NCBI GenBank assembly: GCA_964359945.1
Contig: CAYHUM010000001.1
Coordinates: forward strand, 1 to 57,795
DNA from: Candidatus Woesearchaeota archaeon
Lineage (GTDB): Archaea; Nanobdellota; Nanobdellia; SCGC-AAA011-G17; CAYHUM01
Length of the DNA: 57,795 nucleotides
Reading direction: 5' to 3'
Shown here: positions 32,583 through 42,704 of the stretch, one piece after another
How the letters are laid out: every line of letters begins with the position of its first letter
Position numbering within the stretch: position 1 is the stretch's first letter
Position numbers and translations under genes: made by a program
The notes under the pieces: generated by a model
The model's database searches: none
Told to the model about the DNA's origin: nothing
What the model saw: the letters and a program-made list of their open reading frames with translations, nothing else

Positions 32583-33335
32583 TTATCTTTCTAAATTTTT
32601 ATAGTATTTTTCTGCTTCTTTTAAAGATTCTATTGTACCAATATCAAACCATTTTTCTTTAAAGACGTAACCATATACTGACTTGATTTCTGATAAATAT
32701 TTAATGAAATTTCCTAGGTTGTCTTTATGGTTATTTTGTTTTATATATCTATTAAGATAATAGGTGATATCTTCTGATTTAAATTTATAGCAAGCTGTAC
32801 TTACTAAAGTTGATTTTGGATTATTTGGTTTTTCTTCAAAATTAAGTATTTTTTTCTTATCATCAATCTCTACAACACCAAATCTTTTAGCTTTTTCTAG
32901 ATTTTTTATATTATACAATGCTACGCAAGTCTTATCTTTAGAATATTTTATAAAATCTTCAATATCAAACTCAAATAAATTATCCCCTCCTATAACTAAT
33001 AAATCTTCTTCTTTAGGATTATAAAGTGTACGTAACCCTGTAAAAAAATGCATATCCCCAACTGCCCCTAAACGTTTCTCTATTGTTTCCGTCTCATCAC
33101 TTATTAGTCTTATATCAGAATTTATTGGTCGACTTATAAATAATGAATTAAACCATCTTTGGAAATCATCATAGAATTTATTATTAGTTAATATCCAGAT
33201 ATCATGAAAATTTAGTTTATCTATAATTCTTTCTATTACAGGTTTCTCATTTATTTTAAGTAGGCATTTAGATTTATCTTTAGTTAATTCATTTAATCTT
33301 GTTCCGTATCCTGCTGCTAGTATTAAGGTTTTCAC
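32583..33335 (-). CDS. sugar-1-phosphate nucleotidyltransferase (NTP_transferase family)
   Basis: MKTLILAAGYGTRLNELTKDKSKCLLKI is the G-x-G-T-R-L pyrophosphorylase signature. Confidence 0.8.
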   Translation of the reverse strand: MKTLILAAGYGTRLNELTKDKSKCLLKINEKPVIERIIDKLNFHDIWILTNNKFYDDFQRWFNSLFISRPINSDIRLISDETETIEKRLGAVGDMHFFTGLRTLYNPKEEDLLVIGGDNLFEFDIEDFIKYSKDKTCVALYNIKNLEKAKRFGVVEIDDKKKILNFEEKPNNPKSTLVSTACYKFKSEDITYYLNRYIKQNNHKDNLGNFIKYLSEIKSVYGYVFKEKWFDIGTIESLKEAEKYYKNLER

Positions 33336-33826
33336 TTTATTACTCTCAATTCAATATAGATATCTGTTGCAGGAAATATATAAGCTAGGTTAGTATCGTA
33401 AATTCTTGGAAATTTATTGGCAAACCATTTAATAAAAAATCTCAGTTTGGAGAATAAAATCTTTCTTTTTACAACTTTAAATTTATTTTTTAGATTTTCA
33501 TGTTCAAATGTCGTTGCAGCAAATCCTCTCTTATGTTGTATATCTTCCCAACAATAACCAGAACTGAAATGAGGTGTAAGAATTTTAATTATTGTATTAT
33601 TCTTACTTACTCTATGTAACTCTTTCATAACGCTATAAGGATTATTTAAGTGTTCTAGGATATTATACATTAATATTTCTTCAAACTGATTGTCTTTAAA
33701 TGGATAGGGTAATTTATTTAAATCATAAACTAAATCAATCCCCTTTATTTTTTCAAAATCAACATTAAAATACCCTTTTCTAATATCTTTTCCACATCCT
33801 AAATTTAATTTATTTTTAATTTTCAT
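33332..33826 (-). CDS. class I SAM-dependent methyltransferase
   Basis: LNLGCGKDIRKGYFNVD is motif I. ILMYNILEHL is motif post-II. It overlaps the downstream gene by 4 nt. Confidence 0.7.
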   Translation of the reverse strand: MKIKNKLNLGCGKDIRKGYFNVDFEKIKGIDLVYDLNKLPYPFKDNQFEEILMYNILEHLNNPYSVMKELHRVSKNNTIIKILTPHFSSGYCWEDIQHKRGFAATTFEHENLKNKFKVVKRKILFSKLRFFIKWFANKFPRIYDTNLAYIFPATDIYIELRVIK

Positions 33827-33900
33827 TTTTGATTTGTTATTTCAATTTATAAAAAGATATTTAAAAGTTTCCGCATAATATAAAGTATAATTTAATTAAG

Positions 33901-33984
33901 CGCAGAGGAAGGGATTTGAACCCTTATATCCTTGCGGAAACCAGTTTTCGAGACTGGCGCACTACCAGATTATGCGACCTCTGC
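33901..33984 (-). tRNA. tRNA-Ser (anticodon CGA), long variable arm
   Basis: Reverse complement: GCAGAGG TC GCA..TGC G CCAGT CTCGAAA ACTGG [long variable arm TTTCCGCAAGGATAT] AAGGG TTCAAAT CCCTT CCTCTGC G. This is a type II tRNA with G73. Confidence 0.85.
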
Positions 33985-34091
33985 AAAACTATTTAAAATG
34001 TGGCAAACAAGAATATAAAAATGTTACTTATGTCTCACAATTTATGAATTTAAAAGGAATGTTTTTAAATACTTCTAAACCAAACATATTT

Positions 34092-35612
34092 ATGGTAAAC
34101 GAGAATCTTAAAAAAATAGTTAAAGGAGCAGCTTTAGTTTTTATAGGAATAATTATATCTAAAATATTTACATATTTCTACAGATTATACATTGCTCGTT
34201 ATCTAGGAGCAGAAAATTATGGTTTATTAAATCTAGGATTTGCTGTTTTAGGAGTTGCTACAGCAATTAGTCTTTTGGGATTGCCAAGTGGGGTTCTAAG
34301 ATATGTTTCATATTATAAAGGGAAAGAAAATTATAAGAAAGTTACGTCAACTATAATATCAAGTTTAAAGATTACCATTCCATTAAGCATTATTATAGGT
34401 ATTCTGCTATTTATATTTTCTAAAAACATATCAATTCATTTATTTCATACAGAGAAACTTATTATAATAATAAAATTATTTGCTATTTTAGTTCCATTTT
34501 CTGTAATTTTATCGAATTTAGAAGTTATTACACAAGCATTTCAGAAGATTAAATATAATATATTTATAAGAAATATTTCTGAAAGTAGCATTCAATTATT
34601 TTCAACGATTTTATTAGTATCTATTGGATTAGGAATATTGGGAGCTGTTATAGGATATATGATAGCTATATTTTCTAGTGCTTTATTGTTTTTTTTAGTT
34701 GTACAAAAAAAGGTTTATCCATTTATTAATGCAAAGATAAAAATAGAAAATAATTATAAAGAAATATTATTTTATTCATGGCCACTAATCTTTGTTTATT
34801 TATTAGGTATGATAATTGCTTGGACTGATAATATTTTTATAGGATATTTTAAAGATGCTTCTAGTGTTGGATTGTATAATACTGCTTTACCAACATCAAG
34901 ACTGTTAATGATAATACCAACTACTATAATATTTCTTTTTATTCCTATAATAACTGAACTTTATGGGAAGAATAAGAAAAAAGAAGTTGAAAAGGTATAT
35001 AAAACAACCACTAAATGGACATTTTTCTTGAATTTTCCTATTATGTTACTTATGATATTATTTTCTAAACAAATATTAAATTTTTTATTTGGTAAAGAGT
35101 ATTTAGGAGCTGCTTCTGCTCTAGTAGTACTCTCACTTGGACATTTTTTTTATTCATTAACACAATTATCTAGCAGTGTATTACAAAGTATTAAAAAAAC
35201 AAAAATAATATTGTTAAATTCAATAATAATAATAATATTGAACCTAATACTAAACATTTATTTAATATCTAAATATGGTATTTTAGGGGCGGCTATTGCA
35301 ACTAGTATCTCTTTTTTTGTTAGTAGCATTCTTTTTTACTTTGAAGCCTATATTTTTACAAAGATTCAACCAATTACAAGTAATATGCTTAAGTCTATGA
35401 TCGCAGGAGTTTTATCTACAGCTATAATATATTTAATTATAAAATTCATATTTGTTGATTTATCTTTATTACTAGCAATCCCACTTGCAATTATATTTTT
35501 TGTATTATACATAATCTTATTATTAATCTTTAAGAGTTTTGATAAAGAAGACTTATTGATAATTAGATCTATCCTAAATAAATTTAATATTAAATTATTT
35601 AAAAAATCATAA
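34092..35612 (+). CDS. oligosaccharide flippase (Wzx / Polysacc_synt family)
   Basis: Start chosen at MVNENLKKIVKGAALVFIGIIISKIF. The longer track ORF from 33972 overlaps tRNA-Ser. The protein has about 12-14 TM segments. Confidence 0.7.
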   Translation: MVNENLKKIVKGAALVFIGIIISKIFTYFYRLYIARYLGAENYGLLNLGFAVLGVATAISLLGLPSGVLRYVSYYKGKENYKKVTSTIISSLKITIPLSIIIGILLFIFSKNISIHLFHTEKLIIIIKLFAILVPFSVILSNLEVITQAFQKIKYNIFIRNISESSIQLFSTILLVSIGLGILGAVIGYMIAIFSSALLFFLVVQKKVYPFINAKIKIENNYKEILFYSWPLIFVYLLGMIIAWTDNIFIGYFKDASSVGLYNTALPTSRLLMIIPTTIIFLFIPIITELYGKNKKKEVEKVYKTTTKWTFFLNFPIMLLMILFSKQILNFLFGKEYLGAASALVVLSLGHFFYSLTQLSSSVLQSIKKTKIILLNSIIIIILNLILNIYLISKYGILGAAIATSISFFVSSILFYFEAYIFTKIQPITSNMLKSMIAGVLSTAIIYLIIKFIFVDLSLLLAIPLAIIFFVLYIILLLIFKSFDKEDLLIIRSILNKFNIKLFKKS

Positions 35613-36611
35613 TATTTTTTCTCTTTTCATTATTTCCTTTATTTCATCTTTAGTTAAAATTTTTTTATTAAAAGTTTTTGGAGATTTTATATTTTTAAAT
35701 TTAGCTTGTTGAGGAAGTATTACATACATATCATCCATCTCTATTGTTCTACTTACTTCTTCTTCAGTCATTAAAGATTCATTCATTTTTTCTCCTGGAT
35801 AACTGCCTATATAATTAATATTTATATCATTTGGATCATAATTATATTTAGGAGCTAACTCTTTTATCATAACATCTGCTATATCTGTTATTTTAGCTAT
35901 GGGCATTTTTAAAACAAATATTTCCCCTCCTTTTGCTATTGTTGCAGATTTTAAAACTAAATTAACTGCACTTTTTACAGACATTAAAAATCTTGACATT
36001 TCTTTATCTGTTATTGTAACAGGTCCTTTTTTGATTATCTGCTCTTTAAACAAAGGTATAACAGACCCCCTAGAATTTATTACATTACCGAATCTCACAG
36101 TAGTAAATATTGGTTTAGCAACCTTTCTGTAAAATGTAGCCCAGCTCATTAATTTTTCTGCTAATAATTTGGTTGTTCCCATTGTACTATTAGGATTAAC
36201 TGCTTTATCTGTACTAATAAGAATTACTTTCTCTACACTTTTTTCTCCCAAGGCAACCTTTATTACATTTTGTGTTCCAGTAATATTTGTTTGAATAGCT
36301 TCGAAAGGATCATATTCACACCATCTAACATGTTTTAAAGCTGCAGCATGAAAAATAAAGTTGATATCTTCTATTGCTCTCTTTAATCTTTCTAGATCTC
36401 TAATATCACCTAATAAATATCTTACTTTAGTATCTGGACCTTGTGGAAGTTCTTTTTCCATTTCATATTGCATGTGTTCATCATTACTGAGAACTCTTAT
36501 AACTTCTGGATCATATTTAAGTAATTGTCTAACTATTTCACTACCTATAAAACCTGTTCCTCCTGTAACTAAAATTCTTTTATTTTTAAATATATTATTA
36601 GTTTTTTTCAT
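35607..36611 (-). CDS. nucleotide-sugar (UDP/GDP-GlcNAc) 4,6-dehydratase, extended SDR (PseB/LegB/CapD/PglF family)
   Basis: ILVTGGTGFIGSEIVRQL is the Rossmann motif. STDKAVNPNSTMGTTKLLAEK has Met in place of the SDR Tyr, as in CapE/PglF-type enzymes. Confidence 0.8.
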   Translation of the reverse strand: MKKTNNIFKNKRILVTGGTGFIGSEIVRQLLKYDPEVIRVLSNDEHMQYEMEKELPQGPDTKVRYLLGDIRDLERLKRAIEDINFIFHAAALKHVRWCEYDPFEAIQTNITGTQNVIKVALGEKSVEKVILISTDKAVNPNSTMGTTKLLAEKLMSWATFYRKVAKPIFTTVRFGNVINSRGSVIPLFKEQIIKKGPVTITDKEMSRFLMSVKSAVNLVLKSATIAKGGEIFVLKMPIAKITDIADVMIKELAPKYNYDPNDININYIGSYPGEKMNESLMTEEEVSRTIEMDDMYVILPQQAKFKNIKSPKTFNKKILTKDEIKEIMKREKIL

Positions 36612-36616
36612 TTTGA

Positions 36617-37735
36617 TTATTTATATTTGGATATTACTTCTTCTAAACTATTACAAACTCTTTCTATTGTTTTATCATCCATCTGAGTAAAGAAAGGTAA
36701 GGCCAAAGTTGATTTACTTACTTTTTCACAAACAGGAAAATCTCCTTCTTTATAACCAAACATTTTTTTATAAATTGGTTGTAGATGTATACAAGGAAAA
36801 TAAAAGTTATTAGATATACCTTTATCATTTAATTTATCCATAACTATTTTTCTATCAATTGAATCATCTAACCTAATAACATAAACAAACCAACTTTTTT
36901 TAACATCGTTATTTATTTGTGGTATACTTACTCCATCAATATTTTTTAATATTTCTTCATATTTTTTAGCAACATTTTCTCTTTTTTCAAGTATTTCATT
37001 TATCTTTTTTAGTTGAACTAATCCTAAAGCAGCACTCATTTCATTTAACCTATAATTATATCCAATATTATCATGAACTAGCCATTCTCCATTTCCAGAT
37101 CTTCCTTGGTTTGATAAACTTTTAATCATTTTGTAATAATCTTCATCATCTGTAACAATCATACCGCCTTCACCTGTTGTTATTTGTTTATTTGGGTAGA
37201 ATGCAAATACTGCTGTTTCTCCGAATTTTCCTGTTTTAATTCCTTTATATTCTGCTCCTATACTTTCACATGCATCTTCAACTACTCTTAGATTATTTCT
37301 TTCTGCAATTTCAATTATTTCATCAATATTACAAGGATGTCCAAAAACATGAACTGGCAAAATAGCTTTTGTTTTATTATTTATTTTATCTTCAATTTTA
37401 CTTACATCAATATTAAAAGTTTTTTCATCAATATCAACAAAAACAGGCTTAGTTCTTTCATAAATAATACAATTAGAGCTTGCTATAAAACTAAAAGGTG
37501 TTGTTATAATTTCATCACCTTCTTTAAGATCAAGAATTTTCATACATAAATGTAAACCACTAGTCCCACTACTAACACCAGCAGCATATTTTATGCCTAT
37601 GTATTTAGCAAATTCTTCTTCAAACTCTTTTAATTTAGGTCCAAGACTATGTCTGCCTGATCTTATTACTTCACTAACTGCATTTACTTCTTCTTCATCT
37701 GTGTATGGTTTACTTAAAGGTACTATTTCTTCCAT
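36617..37735 (-). CDS. DegT/DnrJ/EryC1/StrS-family PLP-dependent sugar aminotransferase
   Basis: Typical LGPKLKEFEEEFAKYIG...SSGTSGLHL...FSFYPNKQITTGEGGM, which carries the PLP lysine. Confidence 0.85.
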   Translation of the reverse strand: MEEIVPLSKPYTDEEEVNAVSEVIRSGRHSLGPKLKEFEEEFAKYIGIKYAAGVSSGTSGLHLCMKILDLKEGDEIITTPFSFIASSNCIIYERTKPVFVDIDEKTFNIDVSKIEDKINNKTKAILPVHVFGHPCNIDEIIEIAERNNLRVVEDACESIGAEYKGIKTGKFGETAVFAFYPNKQITTGEGGMIVTDDEDYYKMIKSLSNQGRSGNGEWLVHDNIGYNYRLNEMSAALGLVQLKKINEILEKRENVAKKYEEILKNIDGVSIPQINNDVKKSWFVYVIRLDDSIDRKIVMDKLNDKGISNNFYFPCIHLQPIYKKMFGYKEGDFPVCEKVSKSTLALPFFTQMDDKTIERVCNSLEEVISKYK

Positions 37736-37738
37736 TTT

Positions 37739-38725
37739 TTAATTACCTTCTTTTTTTTCTACTATATAATCTAGTGGATCTATACCAAGTTTAACACCCA
37801 AATGCTTAAAATATTTTATTGCATCAATCTCTTCATCCCAATTAGTTCCGATTTTCTCTAATACTAGATAGTTGTCTAGAGTGCTAACTTTTAAACCTTT
37901 TTCGGTTCTACCAAAAATAAGACCTAAGGGACTATGAATATTTTTATAGTCTTTTGGTAAAGATGCTTCCCATAAATATAACTTTTTCCCATTATGGTAA
38001 GTAAATGCTCCTGGATATGGTTTTGTTAATGCTCTTATATTATTATATATACTTACTGTATCTTGGTTCCAATCTATTACACCATCTTTTGGGGTTCTTC
38101 TAGGAAAATAAGTAGCATCATCTTCATTTTGTTTAATAGGTTTTAATGTGCTTTCTTGTATTTGTTTTACAGCTTCTGAAATTAATTTTGGATATAAAGG
38201 AAGACATTTTTTAAGTACATTAATTGCAGTATCATTAAGATCAATTTTTACTTTTTCTTGAGTTATTATGTCTCCACTATCTATTCCATTATCAACGAAA
38301 TGAACTGTTACTCCAGTTTCTTCTTCCCCATTTATTATTGCCCAGTTTATTGGGGCTCTTCCTCTATATTTAGGTAGTGGAGAGTTATGTGCATTTATTA
38401 TTTTATATTTACTTATTAATTCTTCTTTTATGATTGAATGATATGATACTATTGTAATTAGATCAGGATTTAAAGATTCTATTTTTTTAATAAATTCTGG
38501 GTTATTTACATCATTTGGTTGGAATAATTGTAATCCTTTTTCCTTTGCTAAATCTTTTAATGAACCATAAAAATCATATTCTTTAAATCTTTCATAATTT
38601 TGTTGCTCTTTTTTATCAAAGTCGTCTGTTTCTGTTACTACTCCAACTATTTCATGTTTATTTTCTAATAAAGCTTCAAGGCTTAGGCATGCCCATTTTT
38701 GATGACCCATAAATAATATTCTCAT
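37739..38725 (-). CDS. Fmt/ArnA-like formyltransferase (predicted sugar N-formyltransferase)
   Basis: MRILFMG...NAHNSPLPKYRGRAPINWAIINGEEETGVTVHFVDNGIDSGDII is the Formyl_trans_N catalytic motif (N..H..D). A C-terminal Fmt-like domain follows. Confidence 0.8.
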   Translation of the reverse strand: MRILFMGHQKWACLSLEALLENKHEIVGVVTETDDFDKKEQQNYERFKEYDFYGSLKDLAKEKGLQLFQPNDVNNPEFIKKIESLNPDLITIVSYHSIIKEELISKYKIINAHNSPLPKYRGRAPINWAIINGEEETGVTVHFVDNGIDSGDIITQEKVKIDLNDTAINVLKKCLPLYPKLISEAVKQIQESTLKPIKQNEDDATYFPRRTPKDGVIDWNQDTVSIYNNIRALTKPYPGAFTYHNGKKLYLWEASLPKDYKNIHSPLGLIFGRTEKGLKVSTLDNYLVLEKIGTNWDEEIDAIKYFKHLGVKLGIDPLDYIVEKKEGN

Positions 38726-39849
38726 TTTTGTAAAAATTCTCCATTTATTTCTAATTCAGATAATATTTTTGCTACTCTTGGTCCTGTTTTTCCATCTCCA
38801 TATTTACTTTTACAGTCTTTAATTTTATTTTTAAATTCATTAATTATTATATAATTTATAGCACCTAATATTTCTTCTTTTTTATATCCTACATTAATAA
38901 CGTTTTCAGATTGTTCTCTTCCATATTGTCTAGTTCCTATATTTATAGCTGGTAATTTAAATTCTGGAGCTTCTGTAATACCACAACTTGAGTTTCCTAT
39001 AATTGCATTTGCTATACTCATAAGTCCTAAGAAATCTTTTCGTGGTATATTTTGATATATAATTATATTTTCCTTATTTTCATATGATTTAATAACTTCT
39101 ATCATTTTTCTACCGCCTGGATCTGCATTAGGATAAATAACTATAGTTTTAAGTCCTGAGTCTATTATAGCCTCTAAGGTTTCTTTAATTTGGATAGGTG
39201 CTTCTTCTATTTCATTAGTCACAGAATGTTGCAATAATAATAAAATATTATCATCTTTTAAATTGTATTTTCTTTTTATTTCTTCTTTATTAGTGTAATC
39301 TCCATTTACAATTTGGTCTAATCCTGGATCACCCACTATAAAAATTCTTTTAGGATCTTCTCCAATTTTTTCTAAGTATTTTACAGAATTAGTATTTGAA
39401 ACAAGATGAATATGAGCAAATTTAGATATAGCATGTCTTGCTGGATTATCTATTGTAGAAGTTATTTCCCCTCCTCTTAAATGAGCTATTGCTATTCCTG
39501 AATAAGCTGCTGATACAGCTGCACCTAACATTTCTGCCCTGTCACCCAATAATAACATTATGTCAGGATTATTTCTTTTAATAGAATCAGTAACACCAGT
39601 AACGCAACCTGAAACATACATTGCCATTGATGTTTTTGTATCATCTTTTTGGGTTACCTTCAAACCTTCATGCTTAAAATTATCTTTTCTAACTTCATCA
39701 ATAGTATAGCCAAATTCAGGCATTAAATGCATTCCAGCTACTAAAACATAAAGATCCAAATTTTCATCTTTAGTTATAGCATTTAATACTGGACGTAAAA
39801 GCCCATAGTCTGCTCTTGTACCAGTAATAGCGCATATCTTCTTTTTCAT
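38722..39849 (-). CDS. neuC: UDP/GDP-N-acetylglucosamine-type 2-epimerase, hydrolysing (NeuC/LegG family)
   Basis: MKKKICAITGTRADYGLLRPVLNAI...GDRAEMLGAAVSAAYSGIAIAHLRGGE matches the NeuC pattern. Confidence 0.85.
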   Translation of the reverse strand: MKKKICAITGTRADYGLLRPVLNAITKDENLDLYVLVAGMHLMPEFGYTIDEVRKDNFKHEGLKVTQKDDTKTSMAMYVSGCVTGVTDSIKRNNPDIMLLLGDRAEMLGAAVSAAYSGIAIAHLRGGEITSTIDNPARHAISKFAHIHLVSNTNSVKYLEKIGEDPKRIFIVGDPGLDQIVNGDYTNKEEIKRKYNLKDDNILLLLQHSVTNEIEEAPIQIKETLEAIIDSGLKTIVIYPNADPGGRKMIEVIKSYENKENIIIYQNIPRKDFLGLMSIANAIIGNSSCGITEAPEFKLPAINIGTRQYGREQSENVINVGYKKEEILGAINYIIINEFKNKIKDCKSKYGDGKTGPRVAKILSELEINGEFLQK

Positions 39850-39914
39850 AAGGAAAAATAGGTTAGAAAAGATTAAAAACCTTTTTATTATTGCCTTTTA
39901 AGAATGGTAACAAA

Positions 39915-40523
39915 TTATCCTTGGTTTAACTTCAAAAACTTTTTCTCTTTTTTTAATAAATTATATTTTTTTTCATCACGTTGACCTATTAATTTAGCAG
40001 GATTTCCTCCAACTATAGATAACTTAGGAACATCTTTAGTAACAACTGAACCTATTCCAATTATAGAACCTTCACCAATTTTCACTCCAGGGGCTATAGT
40101 AACTCTTCTACCAATCCAAACATTATCTTCTATAATAACAGGCTTGAAAATTCTCTCTTTACTAAAAGGTAGAACATTAGAGTTTTTATAATCATGATTC
40201 CATGTATATATTAATAATTCTGATGATATACTACAATTATTGCCTATTATTAATCCTCCTTCACCTGATATTACAGAGTTTTTTCCTATATAATTATTAT
40301 TACCTATTGAAATTTTATCCATACCACTTATATCTGATGGTTGTGCTATTAAAACATTTTTACCTATTTTTTTTATTCTTGTTCTTAAGTAATCATCTTT
40401 AATTAAATTGTAATAAGCATTTTTCTTGTCTATTACATATAATAGTATCTCGTTAAAGAACCTCCATATATACATTAAAGGAGGGATTTTCAAAATAGCA
40501 TATAATAATTTAGATGGTTTCAT
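39915..40523 (-). CDS. left-handed beta-helix (hexapeptide repeat) acetyltransferase
   Basis: Repeating [LIV]-G-x4 hexapeptides: IGNNNYIGKNSVISGEGGLIIGNNCSI...VWIGRRVTIAPGVKIGEGSIIGIGSVV. Confidence 0.75.
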   Translation of the reverse strand: MKPSKLLYAILKIPPLMYIWRFFNEILLYVIDKKNAYYNLIKDDYLRTRIKKIGKNVLIAQPSDISGMDKISIGNNNYIGKNSVISGEGGLIIGNNCSISSELLIYTWNHDYKNSNVLPFSKERIFKPVIIEDNVWIGRRVTIAPGVKIGEGSIIGIGSVVTKDVPKLSIVGGNPAKLIGQRDEKKYNLLKKEKKFLKLNQG

Positions 40524-40619
40524 ATTATTACATATAAATAGAAAATCTTATAAAAGTATTTTTTATTATATCCATAATTGATTTAGTAGTTTATATTTTA
40601 ATAACTTTAATATTTATAT

Positions 40620-42083
40620 TTAAATAGGAGTACACTTTGGTTTAAGTCCTCCCTTAAAGACATAATTTACTAAATAAATTATATCACCTAATGACACATA
40701 ACCATCTCCATTAGCATCAGCAGCCCATAATGAAACAGGACGAGTACTATCTTTAAAAATGAAATTTACTAGGTGTATAATATCTTCTAAATTAATTTTA
40801 TTATAACCATTAATATCACCACATAAATAGTCTATTTTTACATTTATGGGTATTGAAACTGTGTCATAACCATCGTTTACTGTGACTAAGAAGCTGTATT
40901 GTCCTACATCTAAATAATTATTAGTTTTCCATGTAAATTCATTATTGTTTTGAGTAAATCTAGAATCATTTATTTCATAAGTTAAATTATCATTATCTAA
41001 ATCATTAGCATTTACAATTATTTTTATAGTATCATATACAGTGGCATTAATATTATTTATTGGTTCTATAACTGATAATTGATTTTTTACTGTAAATGTA
41101 TAATCAGAATCTGCAAATATACAATTATTATTTACATCACAAGCTAAACAGTTCCAAGTGTAAGAACCAGGTAGGATTTTCTTTTCAAAATGTAATAAAT
41201 GGTAAGAAGGACCATAACTACTATTTACAATTTGTTGAGTCTCTATAGGTTCAAAATTACCTGTCCAATTACCATATAAAGTTATGTTACTTATTGGGCT
41301 AAATGACAAAGCAGCACAATTAAAATTTATATCTCTACTTTGTAGGATTTCGTTGTTTAAAGGGGATTCAAGATTAACTCCATCTTTAAATGAGATATTT
41401 CTTATTATTACTTCATCTATTACACCGTCAAAATAAAAAGGAGGTGAATTGTCTAGGGAGAACTTACCTATTTCAAGGTTATCTGTGCTATGTATTATGC
41501 TACTATTTGGAACTACACCTACTTGATCTAAAACTCCATTCAAATAAAGTCTAGTTGTTCCAGTAGTATGATCAAAGGTAGCAGCAACATGGTACCATTT
41601 ATCTATATTTAATGTACTAACACCTCTTATTAAAATGAAACTTATAGAGGGGGGGCTGATATAAGTAAAAGTTAATCTACCTTGATTAATGGACAAATAA
41701 TATCCTGCATTATCTGTTTTACGCCACTTACTTAATATCATGTCATGATTCGCATCAATACTCTTTGCTTTAATCCAAGCGGAAATTGTAATACTTTTTG
41801 GATTTAAAGTTGGATTGTTTTGGACTTCAATATAATCATTTATTCCATCAAGATTAAGAGAATATTGATTATTATATATTGGTGCATTATCAACTGTCCA
41901 TGTTGGTCCAATTAAAGTCCCATTATTAATTCCGGTTTCATCATGAATAATATTCCCTGAACCCTCATCAAAACGCCATAGTGCAACTGTATATGGATCA
42001 GGTTCATAAGGTTGAGCTTTAACAAAATAACTTAAATTAAATAAAATTACAAGAATTATTAATGATTTTAGTCTAAACCCCAT
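40620..42083 (-). CDS. secreted LamG (Laminin_G_3) / cadherin-like / dockerin-domain protein
   Basis: It has a signal peptide. The LamG region reads ALWRFDEGSGNIIHDETG...SAWIKA...WYHVAATFD...LYLNG...DGVIDEVII. The C-terminal dockerin duplicate is DINGYNKINLEDIIHLVNFIF ... DANGDGYVSLGDIIYLVNYVF. Confidence 0.7.
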   Translation of the reverse strand: MGFRLKSLIILVILFNLSYFVKAQPYEPDPYTVALWRFDEGSGNIIHDETGINNGTLIGPTWTVDNAPIYNNQYSLNLDGINDYIEVQNNPTLNPKSITISAWIKAKSIDANHDMILSKWRKTDNAGYYLSINQGRLTFTYISPPSISFILIRGVSTLNIDKWYHVAATFDHTTGTTRLYLNGVLDQVGVVPNSSIIHSTDNLEIGKFSLDNSPPFYFDGVIDEVIIRNISFKDGVNLESPLNNEILQSRDINFNCAALSFSPISNITLYGNWTGNFEPIETQQIVNSSYGPSYHLLHFEKKILPGSYTWNCLACDVNNNCIFADSDYTFTVKNQLSVIEPINNINATVYDTIKIIVNANDLDNDNLTYEINDSRFTQNNNEFTWKTNNYLDVGQYSFLVTVNDGYDTVSIPINVKIDYLCGDINGYNKINLEDIIHLVNFIFKDSTRPVSLWAADANGDGYVSLGDIIYLVNYVFKGGLKPKCTPI

Positions 42084-42107
42084 AATAATAGAAATATGAC
42101 AAATTAT

Positions 42108-42704
42108 TTAAAGGTTTCCAGAAAACCTACTTAAAATAATATTTCCTGCTTCATCTAAAGTTTTTCCAAAACTAATAATTCCTTCTTTATGCCCACCCAT
42201 TACAATTATTCTTTCTAGACTAACGTTAGATTCCTTAAACAATCTTTTTACTTCGTTTGCCATTTCTGGAGTTCCATATGAAACATCCTTATTTGTAGTA
42301 GGCACTTTATCAATAAGTTTTTCCCACATATTAATATTGTGAATATGAATAACAGCATTTATATCTGAATATTCATAAATTACTGCATGGGATAAAGATT
42401 CAGAAGATGCTTTAATTGGTCCTTTACAAGTAAGATTATTTTTTTCAAGATCATAATTATTTACTAAGGTATAATGATTTTCATTTAGCTTTTTAAGATT
42501 TCCAGTAGTAGAACCACTGATTATAAAAGTATTATCTTTAAATCTTATACTAATATTACCAAAACCTATTCCATTATTATAAGCACCAACCAATTTGAGG
42601 TTATATAATTTAGCTCTCCATTTATTGATTTCTAATAATTTATTTAGGGATATTGGCTTAGATTTTATCCAATTGCATTTAAATTTAATGTAACCTTCAT
42701 CCAT
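42108..42704 (-). CDS. class II aldolase/adducin-family protein
   Basis: GFGNISIR...IISGSTTG...ASSESLSHAVIY...AVIHIHN...MGGHKEG are the metal-binding His and phosphate-binding motifs of the FucA/MtnB/Ald2 family. Confidence 0.75.
   Translation of the reverse strand: MDEGYIKFKCNWIKSKPISLNKLLEINKWRAKLYNLKLVGAYNNGIGFGNISIRFKDNTFIISGSTTGNLKKLNENHYTLVNNYDLEKNNLTCKGPIKASSESLSHAVIYEYSDINAVIHIHNINMWEKLIDKVPTTNKDVSYGTPEMANEVKRLFKESNVSLERIIVMGGHKEGIISFGKTLDEAGNIILSRFSGNL

Noticed and set aside
33972-34091. 5' extension of the flippase ORF starting at 33972
   Set aside because: It overlaps the tRNA-Ser gene and its likely promoter. The downstream Met (34092) gives a typical Wzx N-terminus. An intermediate start (MNLKGM at 34044) cannot be excluded.
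37739-38725. Annotating the Fmt-like protein as methionyl-tRNA formyltransferase
   Set aside because: Archaea do not use formyl-Met initiation, and the gene is embedded between a sugar aminotransferase and NeuC. A sugar N-formyltransferase is the more parsimonious call.
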